Below, piece after piece: positions 17,591 to 26,687 of a stretch of 26,791 nucleotides of DNA. The stretch lies in IMG/VR virus record IMGVR_UViG_3300035130_000204; one strand, written 5' to 3'. This DNA comes from an uncultured virus (IMG/VR IMGVR_UViG_3300035130_000204). Its lineage: Duplodnaviria; Heunggongvirae; Uroviricota; Caudoviricetes. A model generated the notes under the pieces. That model was not told where the DNA came from, ran no database searches, and saw only the letters and a program-made list of their open reading frames with translations. How positions within the stretch are numbered: the stretch's first letter is position 1; each line of letters starts with the position of its first letter. The position numbers and the translations under genes are program-made.

Positions 17591-18931
17591 ATGAAGGACT
17601 CGACCACAAGAGCAGTCACCTGGCTCGACAACTACTCCATTATCCGCGAGTTCGGCGCCTCGAAGTACGCCGCGCAGCAGTGGATGGACGCGAGCAGCGA
17701 CAGCATCCAGGGTGCACTGGTTCAGGCTTCACGTGAAGAGATGGCAGCGGCCTCTGATGAGGCGCGTCTTCGCGACAAGGCGATCGGCCGTACAGTCGGT
17801 GACACCGTCATGGCCATCGGTGCCTCTGTATTCACTGCCGTCGGTGCTACCGGAGTTGGTGCCATCGTCGGCGCCGTCATCGCAGCTGTCGGAGGCATCA
17901 TCAGCGGCCTAACGGAGCTGTTCACGGTCGAGTGTGACGAGTGGGACTGCCCTTGGCCCAAGAGCTTCCACCGTCGCGGCATCGTAGGCGTCGACATCGG
18001 CCGCGTCGATGAGGGTTTTCACCTGCTCGACGACGACAAGCGGTGCATGTACTTCCACCGTCGCTGCACGCTGTACGGATACTTCCATGACGGCCAGATG
18101 ATCGACGGGATCTCCAAGGACCCTGACAACCCGAACGTCACGGGTCGTGTCGTCGGTTGCAACGGCAGCCGTGTCGGCAAGTACTCGCGGCCAATCCGCG
18201 ATGCTTGGATGCGTCACAGCTCGAATCCTCAGGACGTGCCCAAGGGCAGCATCGGCTCGCCGTGGAACGACCCACCGACGACCCGCGCTCACCGCGGCTG
18301 GAAGGTCAGCTGGGTGCTGTACTGGCTTCGCGACAAGATGCCCTGCCGCATCCTCAGCTGCATGGAGGAGATCCTCAAGAACACACAGCGAGGAGACAAG
18401 GACGCCAGCAAGTTCGACGCGCAACGACGTCGAGGTGGCCGTTGGTACGCCTCGATCGTCTGGATGATGAACGACGTATGGGAGATCGGTCAGTCGATCG
18501 GCTCTGAGCGCTTCGAGCAGGTGCTTCGCTCCCAGGGGCAGGACAATGCTGCCGATGTCGTCAAGCGGATCAGGACCGAGCAGCTGGTCTTCGAGCCTGA
18601 GGACCTGCCGTTCCCCTTCTGGCCTGTGATGCGCCACTGCTCCTGGGAGGGACTGCGCAAGACGCTCATCGCCATGAAGCCGATGATTCCGGCCGAGGGC
18701 CCCTGGGCAGGAACGCAACCCGAGGGAGAGCAGCGACGAGTAGTCAAGGTTGGCCTCGCACCGATGATGCCTCGTCGCGTGGTCCCGCTAATTTTCGACC
18801 CCAAGCGGCTGCGGCCAATACCCGCGAAGACAGGTTCGAGGCTTCCCGAGTGGCCTGTTCTGGTTGCAGGAGGCGCTGCAGCCGTCATCGGCGCTGTCGC
18901 TATTTTTCAGGCGCTCAAGAAGAAGGACTAG
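17591..18931 (+). CDS. Cys-rich protein with N-proximal hydrophobic hairpin and C-terminal TM anchor
   Basis: VMAIGASVFTAVGATGVGAIVGAVIAAVGGIISGL, several Cys, WPVLVAGGAAAVIGAVAIF-KKKD. Confidence 0.8.
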   Translation: MKDSTTRAVTWLDNYSIIREFGASKYAAQQWMDASSDSIQGALVQASREEMAAASDEARLRDKAIGRTVGDTVMAIGASVFTAVGATGVGAIVGAVIAAVGGIISGLTELFTVECDEWDCPWPKSFHRRGIVGVDIGRVDEGFHLLDDDKRCMYFHRRCTLYGYFHDGQMIDGISKDPDNPNVTGRVVGCNGSRVGKYSRPIRDAWMRHSSNPQDVPKGSIGSPWNDPPTTRAHRGWKVSWVLYWLRDKMPCRILSCMEEILKNTQRGDKDASKFDAQRRRGGRWYASIVWMMNDVWEIGQSIGSERFEQVLRSQGQDNAADVVKRIRTEQLVFEPEDLPFPFWPVMRHCSWEGLRKTLIAMKPMIPAEGPWAGTQPEGEQRRVVKVGLAPMMPRRVVPLIFDPKRLRPIPAKTGSRLPEWPVLVAGGAAAVIGAVAIFQALKKKD

Positions 18932-18934
18932 GGC

Positions 18935-19558
18935 ATGTACGAGTACGACATCCGTGGCCTTGGCCAGGCAGAGCAACCGCAAAGCGGAGCGGCTGCCAGC
19001 GAGGCGCTCACTTGGATCATCGACACGCCCATAGGTCCAAGAAAACGCGTCGGCATGCACATCGTAGGCCCTAGCGGCTTGCGCCACACCTGCCACTGCT
19101 ACGAAGAGCTTCCTCGCGACATGGTCGCTGCGATTGCCAGACCGTACGCGCTCGAGTTCACGACGGGGTTCTTCGGCAAGAAGTACGAATGCGGATGCGA
19201 GCCTGTCTGGGCATGGTGTCCCGAGGAGATTCGCCCGATCCCTGCTGCGCCAGGCTTTGCAAAGAAAAAGAAGCAGTGCGAGGCGTACAAGCAGCGAGCC
19301 AAGGCGAAGCTGCCCGAGTCCTACAAGGACGTCGAGGATGAGGGGTTTCGGCTGGCAATCGCCCAGAACCTCGGCCGTGCTGCAGGCCTGACCGAGGACC
19401 AGGTGTCTCGGCTCAAGCCAGCCGAGTTCCTGACGGTCGCAGAGGAGAAGTCGCGCCGTGCGGCTGGCATCTGGACCTTGAGCGCTATCACTGTTGCTGC
19501 AGGTGGCGGCTACCTGCTGTGGAGTTTCCTGCGCAGTCGAAAGAAGGCGAAACCATGA
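18935..19558 (+). CDS. Cys-containing protein with C-terminal TM anchor
   Basis: AAGGA upstream. MYEYDIRGLGQ leader (cf. 6129), CHC and CGC motifs, TM IWTLSAITVAAGGGYLLWSFL. Confidence 0.8.
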   Translation: MYEYDIRGLGQAEQPQSGAAASEALTWIIDTPIGPRKRVGMHIVGPSGLRHTCHCYEELPRDMVAAIARPYALEFTTGFFGKKYECGCEPVWAWCPEEIRPIPAAPGFAKKKKQCEAYKQRAKAKLPESYKDVEDEGFRLAIAQNLGRAAGLTEDQVSRLKPAEFLTVAEEKSRRAAGIWTLSAITVAAGGGYLLWSFLRSRKKAKP

Positions 19559-19794
19559 GGTACGAGAGGTACGAGCGGGCCACGTACGGCCCTGGTGACA
19601 TCGCAGCGCTTCCGCCGACCATCGGGCTGACCTCGAGGCGTCCGACGATTGGCTCTGAGGATGCGGGTCGTCCCATTCCGTCGATCCTCGACAGCATGGG
19701 AAACAACAACGGACAGACTGGCAGCTCCAATCCTTGGCTGCTGCCGCTCGGCATCGGGCTCGCCGTTGGCGGCCTGATTTTTCTGGCAAGGTAG
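19555..19794 (+). CDS. Small C-terminal-TM protein, paralog of 19811..20086
   Basis: ATGA overlap. YGPGDIAALP..GLT..PTIGS, SMGNNNG, TM WLLPLGIGLAVGGLIFL. Confidence 0.75.
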   Translation: MRYERYERATYGPGDIAALPPTIGLTSRRPTIGSEDAGRPIPSILDSMGNNNGQTGSSNPWLLPLGIGLAVGGLIFLAR

Positions 19795-19810
19795 CCAGAG
19801 GGAGAACGTC

Positions 19811-20086
<276 letters not shown>

Positions 20087-20295
20087 GTGATGGGTCAGGT
20101 CGGTGTCGCCCCGTGGGCTATCGCATCGTCGAGAGCTATGGAACGCTTCCAGAGGCGCGAGAATACGTCGCTGAGGAGTTCGGACTTCCTCGTCCTGTTC
20201 CCGCTGTCACGGTACTTCCAGCGCTAACGCCCAAGGTCACGCCCAAGCAGCCGTATCTTCGTACGGTGAGCGTCTTCTATCCTCAGGAGAATCAG

Positions 20296-21780
20296 ATGGG
20301 ATACGAATACGAGCAGGCCCTCGTCGGCGTCGACGAGGTCGATGGGACCAGCTACTATTCAACAACTGATACGCCCGGCTGGCCTGCGCCGATTCCCATG
20401 GCCGACAACGGCGAGCAAGCGATCGAGCAAGCTGCTTCTGTTCAGCCCTGGCATCAGCGAATGCCCTGGTGGGGTTGGGCAGCGGCTGGCGCTGGTCTCT
20501 TCGGGTTGTTTCACGTACTGAGGACAAAGCCACTGGTGCGAAACCCTGAAGACGAAGAAGTTGCAGCTATCGACGATGGGCCAGATGAGCAAAGGCTTAC
20601 CGATATGCAGGCAGCTCAGCAGGCCGCAGCCATCTCTGCAGAAGCAGGACTACCTGTTATCCTGTGGGGACCTCCTGGCATAGGCAAGACCGCATGGGTC
20701 GAAGCGCTTGGCAAGACCTTGAGAGCCAAGGTCATCACCGTCATCGGCTCCACTCGTGACCCGACCGACATTGCTGGAACACTCACGCCATCGGGGGATC
20801 TGATCCCTCCGTCGTGGGCTCGAGAAACCCAGGAGCGATCCAGAGCTGGCAAAAAGACCTTGCTGTTTCTCGATGAGTTCTCGTCGATGAGCCCGCTCGT
20901 CCATGCTGCACTGCTTCGCGTTGTCCGTGACAAGATTGCGGGCGACGCGCTGCTAGACCCTGCAGGCACACCGTGCAGGCCGAGTATCCGTGACCGCGGT
21001 TGCGTCTACATCGTCATGGCCGCCAACCGTCCCGAGGAAGGCGCCGGTGCGCTCGAGCTTCCGCCTCCGGCCGCCAACCGCATCGTTCACATCTTCTGGC
21101 CGCGTCCCGACATTGGTGAATGGATCAAAGGCCTGACGCTGGGCTGGGATACGCTCACGATCAGGATTCCAAAGCTTCCGGAGAACTGGAAGCAGACGAA
21201 GGAAGCCAAGCAGGCCTACGCCACCATCGCGGCCTACGTCCAGAAGTCCCAGATGCTCCTTGACATGCCTCAGACCGAAGCCGAGGCTGGCTACGCATGG
21301 CCCTCACCGCGGTCGTGGGAGCTTGCCGCCGAAGGTTACGCTGCGGCCGTAGTGGTCGGAGCGCCCAGAAAGGTGCAGCGGCTCATCGTTGCAGGAGCGG
21401 TCGGCGAGGGACAGGCACTGCAGTTCATGAACTTCTCGGTGCTCAAAGATCTTCCCGATCCAGAAAAGATGCTCAAAGCACCGACTAACTGGAAGGTGCC
21501 TGACACGCCGGACAAGCTCTACCTTGCGCTTTCATCGATGGTCTTCGCCATGATGCGAGACCACTCGCGGCAAAAGTTTGTCAACGCATGGAAGGCCTAC
21601 GCCTATGCCATAAACGAGCGTCCTCAGGATATACCGACCGCCACCCCTGCCATGTACCCTGCAGTCGAGCTGTTCCAAGAGTACCCGATGGCGCCCGTCA
21701 TGAAGGATGTCGGTCCAGAGAACATGAAGCCCTTCGTCAAGATGATGAAGAAAGCCGGCCTGATTCCCAGCACGAAGTAG
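20296..21780 (+). CDS. MoxR-like AAA+ ATPase (AAA_5 type) with N-terminal leader and TM anchor
   Basis: Walker A GPPGIGKT (20668-20691), Walker B LLFLDE, MAAN sensor 1, PAANR arginine finger, WPSPRSWE. AGGAGA RBS before ATG 20296. The frame is also open from GTG 20113. Confidence 0.9.
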   Translation: MGYEYEQALVGVDEVDGTSYYSTTDTPGWPAPIPMADNGEQAIEQAASVQPWHQRMPWWGWAAAGAGLFGLFHVLRTKPLVRNPEDEEVAAIDDGPDEQRLTDMQAAQQAAAISAEAGLPVILWGPPGIGKTAWVEALGKTLRAKVITVIGSTRDPTDIAGTLTPSGDLIPPSWARETQERSRAGKKTLLFLDEFSSMSPLVHAALLRVVRDKIAGDALLDPAGTPCRPSIRDRGCVYIVMAANRPEEGAGALELPPPAANRIVHIFWPRPDIGEWIKGLTLGWDTLTIRIPKLPENWKQTKEAKQAYATIAAYVQKSQMLLDMPQTEAEAGYAWPSPRSWELAAEGYAAAVVVGAPRKVQRLIVAGAVGEGQALQFMNFSVLKDLPDPEKMLKAPTNWKVPDTPDKLYLALSSMVFAMMRDHSRQKFVNAWKAYAYAINERPQDIPTATPAMYPAVELFQEYPMAPVMKDVGPENMKPFVKMMKKAGLIPSTK

Positions 21781-21798
21781 TTCATCGGAGGCTTTGTC

Positions 21799-23289
21799 AT
21801 GCACGACTATCCGCCTCGCCCGTATCTCGCAAACCCCCAGCCTTCAGCAGAGGTGCTCGAATACCTGCAAGCAGCAAGGATGTACCTGGTTGCACCCAAG
21901 CAGAGGCCGTACCTCGCTGTCCCGGCATTCAAGTTCGAGTACATCGCAACCGAGCGTATCGACACTGCCGCTGTAGATTCGAGCTGGCGTTTCTACTACA
22001 ACGAGGAATACGTCCTGCAGGCCGCAACCGACCCGCAGCTCGGTGGAATTCCATCGATCGCTGCGGTCACCGAGCACGAGCTATGGCACTTGCTGCGAAA
22101 GCACGCTGACCGAGCCGCCGCTGCAGGGGCTGTTACCAAGGCTCAGCTGAAGCTTTTCAACTGGGCAGCCGACATCGAGATCCACTCGGACGAGGCCCTG
22201 GCCAACGCCATTCGCACAACTGGCATAGAGCCGTTGACGCCACAATACTTCAACTTCGAGCCTCATAAGCTCGCCGAGGTGTACTACGCAAAGCTGCTCG
22301 AAAAAATATCCGACCATGGCGAGGACGAGGGTGGCGAATACATCGAGATCGAAGTCGAGGCCCCCAAGGATGCAATGCCACCAGGCGCGCCGCCCCCTCC
22401 AAGCGAAGCACAACGACCAGGTCCCTCTGGTGGCATCGGCGAAGACGGCGAGAAGGGCGACCGCGAAAAGGTCACAATAAAGGTCTACGTTGACCCTGAA
22501 GAGCCAACCGTGGGCGCTGGCGACTGCGGATCTGCCGCTACTGGAGAACCGGCGCCGTGGGAGGAGGCCCCATCAGGGCGCGTTTCGGACGACGAGGCCG
22601 ACATGGCCAGGGCTCAAGTCGCCCAGAGCATCGAAGAGTGGATGAAGCAAGGTGCGCCAGGCATGGGCACACAGGCCTACGACGGCATCATCGAGTGGTC
22701 AAAGAACCTCCTTCACCCGAAGGTGCCTTGGCAGCAGGTGCTCCGTTCCGCATTGCGTAGCGCAGTCGCCTGGGTTTCTGGCCAAACGGAGTATTCCAAG
22801 CGACGCTTCTCTCGTCGCCAATCTGCTATGCCTCACGTCGTTCTTCCTGGCATGGTCCACCCGGTACCTGAGATTGCAGTAGTCATGGACGCCTCAGGCT
22901 CGATGTTCATCCAGGGAGAGCGCGCATCGTTGTTCGAGGAGGCCGTCAGCGAGGTTGCTGGCATACTCAAGAAGTTTGGAAGCACCATTGGCGTAACCGT
23001 ATACAGCGTCGATGCTGCTGTTGGCTGGGCATCGCGTGTATACAGCGCCAGTCAGCTGCGCGGCATCGGAGGTGGCGGTACGAACATGGGCATCGGGATC
23101 GAAGCAGCCGCCAAAGCCAGGCCCAAGCCGCAGGTTATCGTTGTCGTTACCGACGGTGAAACCCCGTGGCCCGAGCGAGGACCACACGGGATCAAGACGG
23201 TCATTGCCATCGTCGGCAACAAAGACCACGTCATCAACTACGGCGATCCACCTCCTCCTTGGGCATGGAAGGTCATCTGGGTGGACTAA
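21799..23289 (+). CDS. DUF2201-like protein: putative HExxH metallopeptidase plus VWA domain
   Basis: RPYLA, TAAVD, HELWH..RKH, FNWAADIEI, acidic/Pro linker, CGSAATG, VPWQQVL, MIDAS DASGS, GGGGT, VTDG. GGAGG RBS. This is the usual partner of this ATPase type. Confidence 0.9.
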   Translation: MHDYPPRPYLANPQPSAEVLEYLQAARMYLVAPKQRPYLAVPAFKFEYIATERIDTAAVDSSWRFYYNEEYVLQAATDPQLGGIPSIAAVTEHELWHLLRKHADRAAAAGAVTKAQLKLFNWAADIEIHSDEALANAIRTTGIEPLTPQYFNFEPHKLAEVYYAKLLEKISDHGEDEGGEYIEIEVEAPKDAMPPGAPPPPSEAQRPGPSGGIGEDGEKGDREKVTIKVYVDPEEPTVGAGDCGSAATGEPAPWEEAPSGRVSDDEADMARAQVAQSIEEWMKQGAPGMGTQAYDGIIEWSKNLLHPKVPWQQVLRSALRSAVAWVSGQTEYSKRRFSRRQSAMPHVVLPGMVHPVPEIAVVMDASGSMFIQGERASLFEEAVSEVAGILKKFGSTIGVTVYSVDAAVGWASRVYSASQLRGIGGGGTNMGIGIEAAAKARPKPQVIVVVTDGETPWPERGPHGIKTVIAIVGNKDHVINYGDPPPPWAWKVIWVD

Positions 23290-23290
23290 A

Positions 23291-23959
23291 ATGTCGCGTA
23301 GCCGCATCGTAGCCACCACACAGATCGCGTGCAGCGGCGAAAATCACACGCTATTGGTCGACGCCAACGGCAAGCTGATTCTGCCAGATCACGACGTCGA
23401 CCTCGAGCGTAGCCTTGCCGCTTTGGGCGCCGAGCTTCCGGCATGCATAGTTATGCTCGACCACTGGAAGGCGGAAAGATACCAAGAGCTTACCCTGCCA
23501 CTGCGGCAAGCCGTGTTTCGTGTCAACAAGCGCTACATCGATAAACTGCGAACCGCCATCGACCTTGCAGATTACAGAAAACCGTCTACGCGCTGGGTCG
23601 ATCGTGCTGGTGTCGAAGTCACAATATCTCTGGCCAGCTGGCGTCCCAGCATTGATGGCGAGTCACAGAAGGTATGGGACACAAAACGGTCCTATTCAGG
23701 CACCTTTTTGGATATCAAGGTCCGGCTGGTTTTGTCGCGCTACAGATATATGCTAAAAACATTCAAAAACGGCCTAATACGCGATGCGAAAGGCAAAGAC
23801 TGGGTCGTCCTTTCGATGCGCAAGGAAAAAAAAGGTTCTCCGAACCTGTTCGTTCGCGCCGGACGCCAGGGGCGCGGTCTATCGATTTTTACTGCTCAAG
23901 CTCTCGCTGTTCCCGACAAAGACGCACCGAACGGCTACATCCTCAAAAAGTGGCTTTAG
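23291..23959 (+). CDS. C-H-H-C-tag protein 1, basic C-terminal domain
   Basis: ATG 23291 directly follows the upstream TAA. CSGENH..HDVDLERSLAALGAELPAC. Confidence 0.8.
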   Translation: MSRSRIVATTQIACSGENHTLLVDANGKLILPDHDVDLERSLAALGAELPACIVMLDHWKAERYQELTLPLRQAVFRVNKRYIDKLRTAIDLADYRKPSTRWVDRAGVEVTISLASWRPSIDGESQKVWDTKRSYSGTFLDIKVRLVLSRYRYMLKTFKNGLIRDAKGKDWVVLSMRKEKKGSPNLFVRAGRQGRGLSIFTAQALAVPDKDAPNGYILKKWL

Positions 23960-23962
23960 CCC

Positions 23963-24721
23963 ATGGCCTTCACCTTCCCCTCCTGGTGCTCGAACGAGAT
24001 CCACAAACTCGTTGTTACGCGAGACGGCCGCATGGTCTCTCACGAAAACACGCACGACTTCGATCTGGAGATCGCACTCGCCGAGATGGGAGCCGAGCTG
24101 ACCCACTGCACATGGCACTATCAACGGTGGCTTGCCAACCCGCTCGACTGGGTGCAGGGACCTCTGTTTAATGCTCTTGTCTTTGATGAATACCGAGGAA
24201 AACTCAAGTCTGGACAACGCAAGTCTCAATATCCAATTTTCGCAGACATTTTGAACATCCACTGGCCACCAAGAGACTTCAAATTTCTATCAGGTCTAAT
24301 TCTGCTCGATATGGCACAGCACGCGGTTGCTCAGCTGAGCGATGATGACTACGACATGGACGTCGTCATGCGCCCTATCCGCAGCGCACGTAAGGCTTAC
24401 TCCGACACCAAAGCTAGCCGCGACGTGGTTTTTCACCGTGCGTGTCTTTCGGAGATGTTCAACAGACGGGGGAAGTTCTACGAGAAAAAGATACAAAAGC
24501 GGGACGCCAAAGACAAGGCGATCGTCGACTTTGTCCTTGCCAGTACTGACTGGGCGAGCGGGGGCTATCTCTTTTTCACTGGCGCGAGAACTCTCGACGT
24601 GCTTTACAAAGATTTTCTCCAGCTCGGCAACGCAAAACAACAAGACGCTTGGCTGCGCAGGCGTATTGCTCGTGTCCTACAAAGCCTTACGGACGATCAA
24701 CAATGGCCGTCGATATCCTAG
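23963..24721 (+). CDS. C-H-H-C-tag protein 2, divergent Imm5-like helical C-terminus
   Basis: CSNEIH..HDFDLEIALAEMGAELTHC, LLDMAQHAV..PIRSARK, AWLRRR..WPS. Confidence 0.8.
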   Translation: MAFTFPSWCSNEIHKLVVTRDGRMVSHENTHDFDLEIALAEMGAELTHCTWHYQRWLANPLDWVQGPLFNALVFDEYRGKLKSGQRKSQYPIFADILNIHWPPRDFKFLSGLILLDMAQHAVAQLSDDDYDMDVVMRPIRSARKAYSDTKASRDVVFHRACLSEMFNRRGKFYEKKIQKRDAKDKAIVDFVLASTDWASGGYLFFTGARTLDVLYKDFLQLGNAKQQDAWLRRRIARVLQSLTDDQQWPSIS

Positions 24722-25485
24722 TCGAATGCGGCGAAGAGGAGCACCTGGTTCGTCTACTTCCGGACGACGTCGTCTGGCCCGACGGGTCTCACGACGTAGA
24801 CCTCGAGGAAGCTCTCGTCGAAATGGGGGCTCCACGCTGTCAATGCTTGGTGCTCCGCCGCGCCTGGCTGGGGCTACGAAAGAGCTGGGTCTTTCAGCGC
24901 GTCGAACCTTTCCCTAGAATCGCACCTTTTGCCCCATTGTCAGAAGTTGCATACACGGGACGTGCATCTGCCTACAAGCGTAACGAAGCTCTTGCCCTGC
25001 TGCTAGCCGACTTTTTGGAGCACGCGCTGCAACAGCTGTCTAACCCGCCGGAGCAACTCATTCCGGCCTACGCCGTCATAACTAATGTGCGCAACCAGGT
25101 ATTCCATCGACAGACAACCTCGACGGCTTCGTTGCGCACGGCCACTGCTGCTGCACGCCGCGCGGCAGAAGCTCATATATCAACATCGCCTTCGATATGC
25201 GCAGCAGAGGCCGCGTACCGTGCTGCCAACCAGATTGGATTGTTCATGATAGACGCTTTGTCTCAACGCCACGTGCCCGTACTTCACAAATTGGTGGCGC
25301 ATCAAGGGGCGCCCCCTCTTGCCCATCGTAATATTCTGAGCGCCCTGTGGCACCAAGCACGCACGAAGGGCACAGCGCTCGATCTCCTGCGCCGCCATCT
25401 CATAGCCGAAACCATCTGGCAACGACATCACGCGCTCCGTGTCTACGAGGCGATGATCGAGGGAAAGCCATGGCCGTCTACGTAA
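24703..25485 (+). CDS. C-H-H-C-tag protein 3, Imm5-like helical C-terminus
   Basis: CGEEEH..HDVDLEEALVEMGAPRCQC, LADFLEHAL, Ala-rich helix, ETIWQ..WPS. Start set by alignment with paralogs. Confidence 0.8.
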   Translation: MAVDILVECGEEEHLVRLLPDDVVWPDGSHDVDLEEALVEMGAPRCQCLVLRRAWLGLRKSWVFQRVEPFPRIAPFAPLSEVAYTGRASAYKRNEALALLLADFLEHALQQLSNPPEQLIPAYAVITNVRNQVFHRQTTSTASLRTATAAARRAAEAHISTSPSICAAEAAYRAANQIGLFMIDALSQRHVPVLHKLVAHQGAPPLAHRNILSALWHQARTKGTALDLLRRHLIAETIWQRHHALRVYEAMIEGKPWPST

Positions 25486-26687
25486 CAATCGACTGCTGCG
25501 ACGAAAAACACACTATCGGTCTCGCGGCTGGCAAGCGCGTCATAACTGACCCCGCCGCGCACGACTTCGATCTTGAGCTAAGCCTGGTAGAGATGGGCGC
25601 CGAACCATGCCCGTGTATAAGGTACTGGCAAAATTTTTCGGATAGCGCAGAACTAGCAATGTCAGCTCTGTGGCATTACAAGCGCGGTCACCGCTGGCTG
25701 GAGATAGCGAAGCTTGGCCAATATATAGTCGAGCAGGTTGGCGCAGAGCAAGCAGCAAAAAAGCTTTACGAGGATATCGACTACGGCGAGCACGTAGACG
25801 AAGCCGTCGCTGCCCTGCTTGAGAGAGCAAAGCGCGACGACACCGTAGACATGGGATACTGGGGCGACCGCGACGATCAGCGCATCGTAGATAGCATCGT
25901 TGGCGAGCTACAGGAAGCTATCAACGACGAGAACGCGTACCTCGCTATGGAACTTGTTGTACTTTTGGGCGACTTGTTCCCCAAGGTAGACCCATGGGAG
26001 ATGGACGTTCACGAAGAAGAGTACGACAACGGCCTCGAAGGCGGCGTAACACTTATGTCCGAACGCACTCTTAAATTTTTCGACCGCGACATAGCAGAGT
26101 GGACAAGAGCCTTTGAAAAACGCTACTTCGACGAGATCTACTTTCATTCGTGGGACGAAGTCGAGGATCTATGCGAAGCCTCGCCTGACTACTGCACGCC
26201 AGAGGCGCTGGGTGTCGTTTTGTTTTTTTTGGGCTTCGACGAAGACGAAGAGCCAGAGGTCTCCGAGCCTTACCTAGATGCGCGCCCATGCGCGCCAGCT
26301 GAGGCCGCCGCATGTGAGTACGGCGTTTTGTACGAGCCTGATCTTTCCAACCCCTACATGGGCGGAGCCGAGTGGCGAGAGACGACCGTCGCAGCCTACG
26401 ATACCTACGAGGAATCGCTCAAGGGCATAGAGCAGTCGCAGCAGCTGTCCGACCTGCGCGGTGACGGCAACCTGTACGTCATGACTCCCGTACGGCGTGT
26501 CTCCGAAAAGAAGCTTGCCCAAGCCGTTCGGCGCGTCGAAGAGGAGCGCAAGAACTGGAAGCTGTTCGGCGTCGACGTTGTTCCAGAGCTGACCGACCTC
26601 GACTACCTGAAGCTCCAGTGGCAACCGTGGGACGACCACCTCGAGGAGATGCTGCAGGACGACCTGCTGCCCGAGGAGGAGCTGTGA
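25470..26687 (+). CDS. C-H-H-C-tag protein 4, long acidic C-terminus
   Basis: CCDEKH..HDFDLELSLVEMGAEPCPC. Start set by alignment with paralogs. Confidence 0.8.
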   Translation: MAVYVTIDCCDEKHTIGLAAGKRVITDPAAHDFDLELSLVEMGAEPCPCIRYWQNFSDSAELAMSALWHYKRGHRWLEIAKLGQYIVEQVGAEQAAKKLYEDIDYGEHVDEAVAALLERAKRDDTVDMGYWGDRDDQRIVDSIVGELQEAINDENAYLAMELVVLLGDLFPKVDPWEMDVHEEEYDNGLEGGVTLMSERTLKFFDRDIAEWTRAFEKRYFDEIYFHSWDEVEDLCEASPDYCTPEALGVVLFFLGFDEDEEPEVSEPYLDARPCAPAEAAACEYGVLYEPDLSNPYMGGAEWRETTVAAYDTYEESLKGIEQSQQLSDLRGDGNLYVMTPVRRVSEKKLAQAVRRVEEERKNWKLFGVDVVPELTDLDYLKLQWQPWDDHLEEMLQDDLLPEEEL

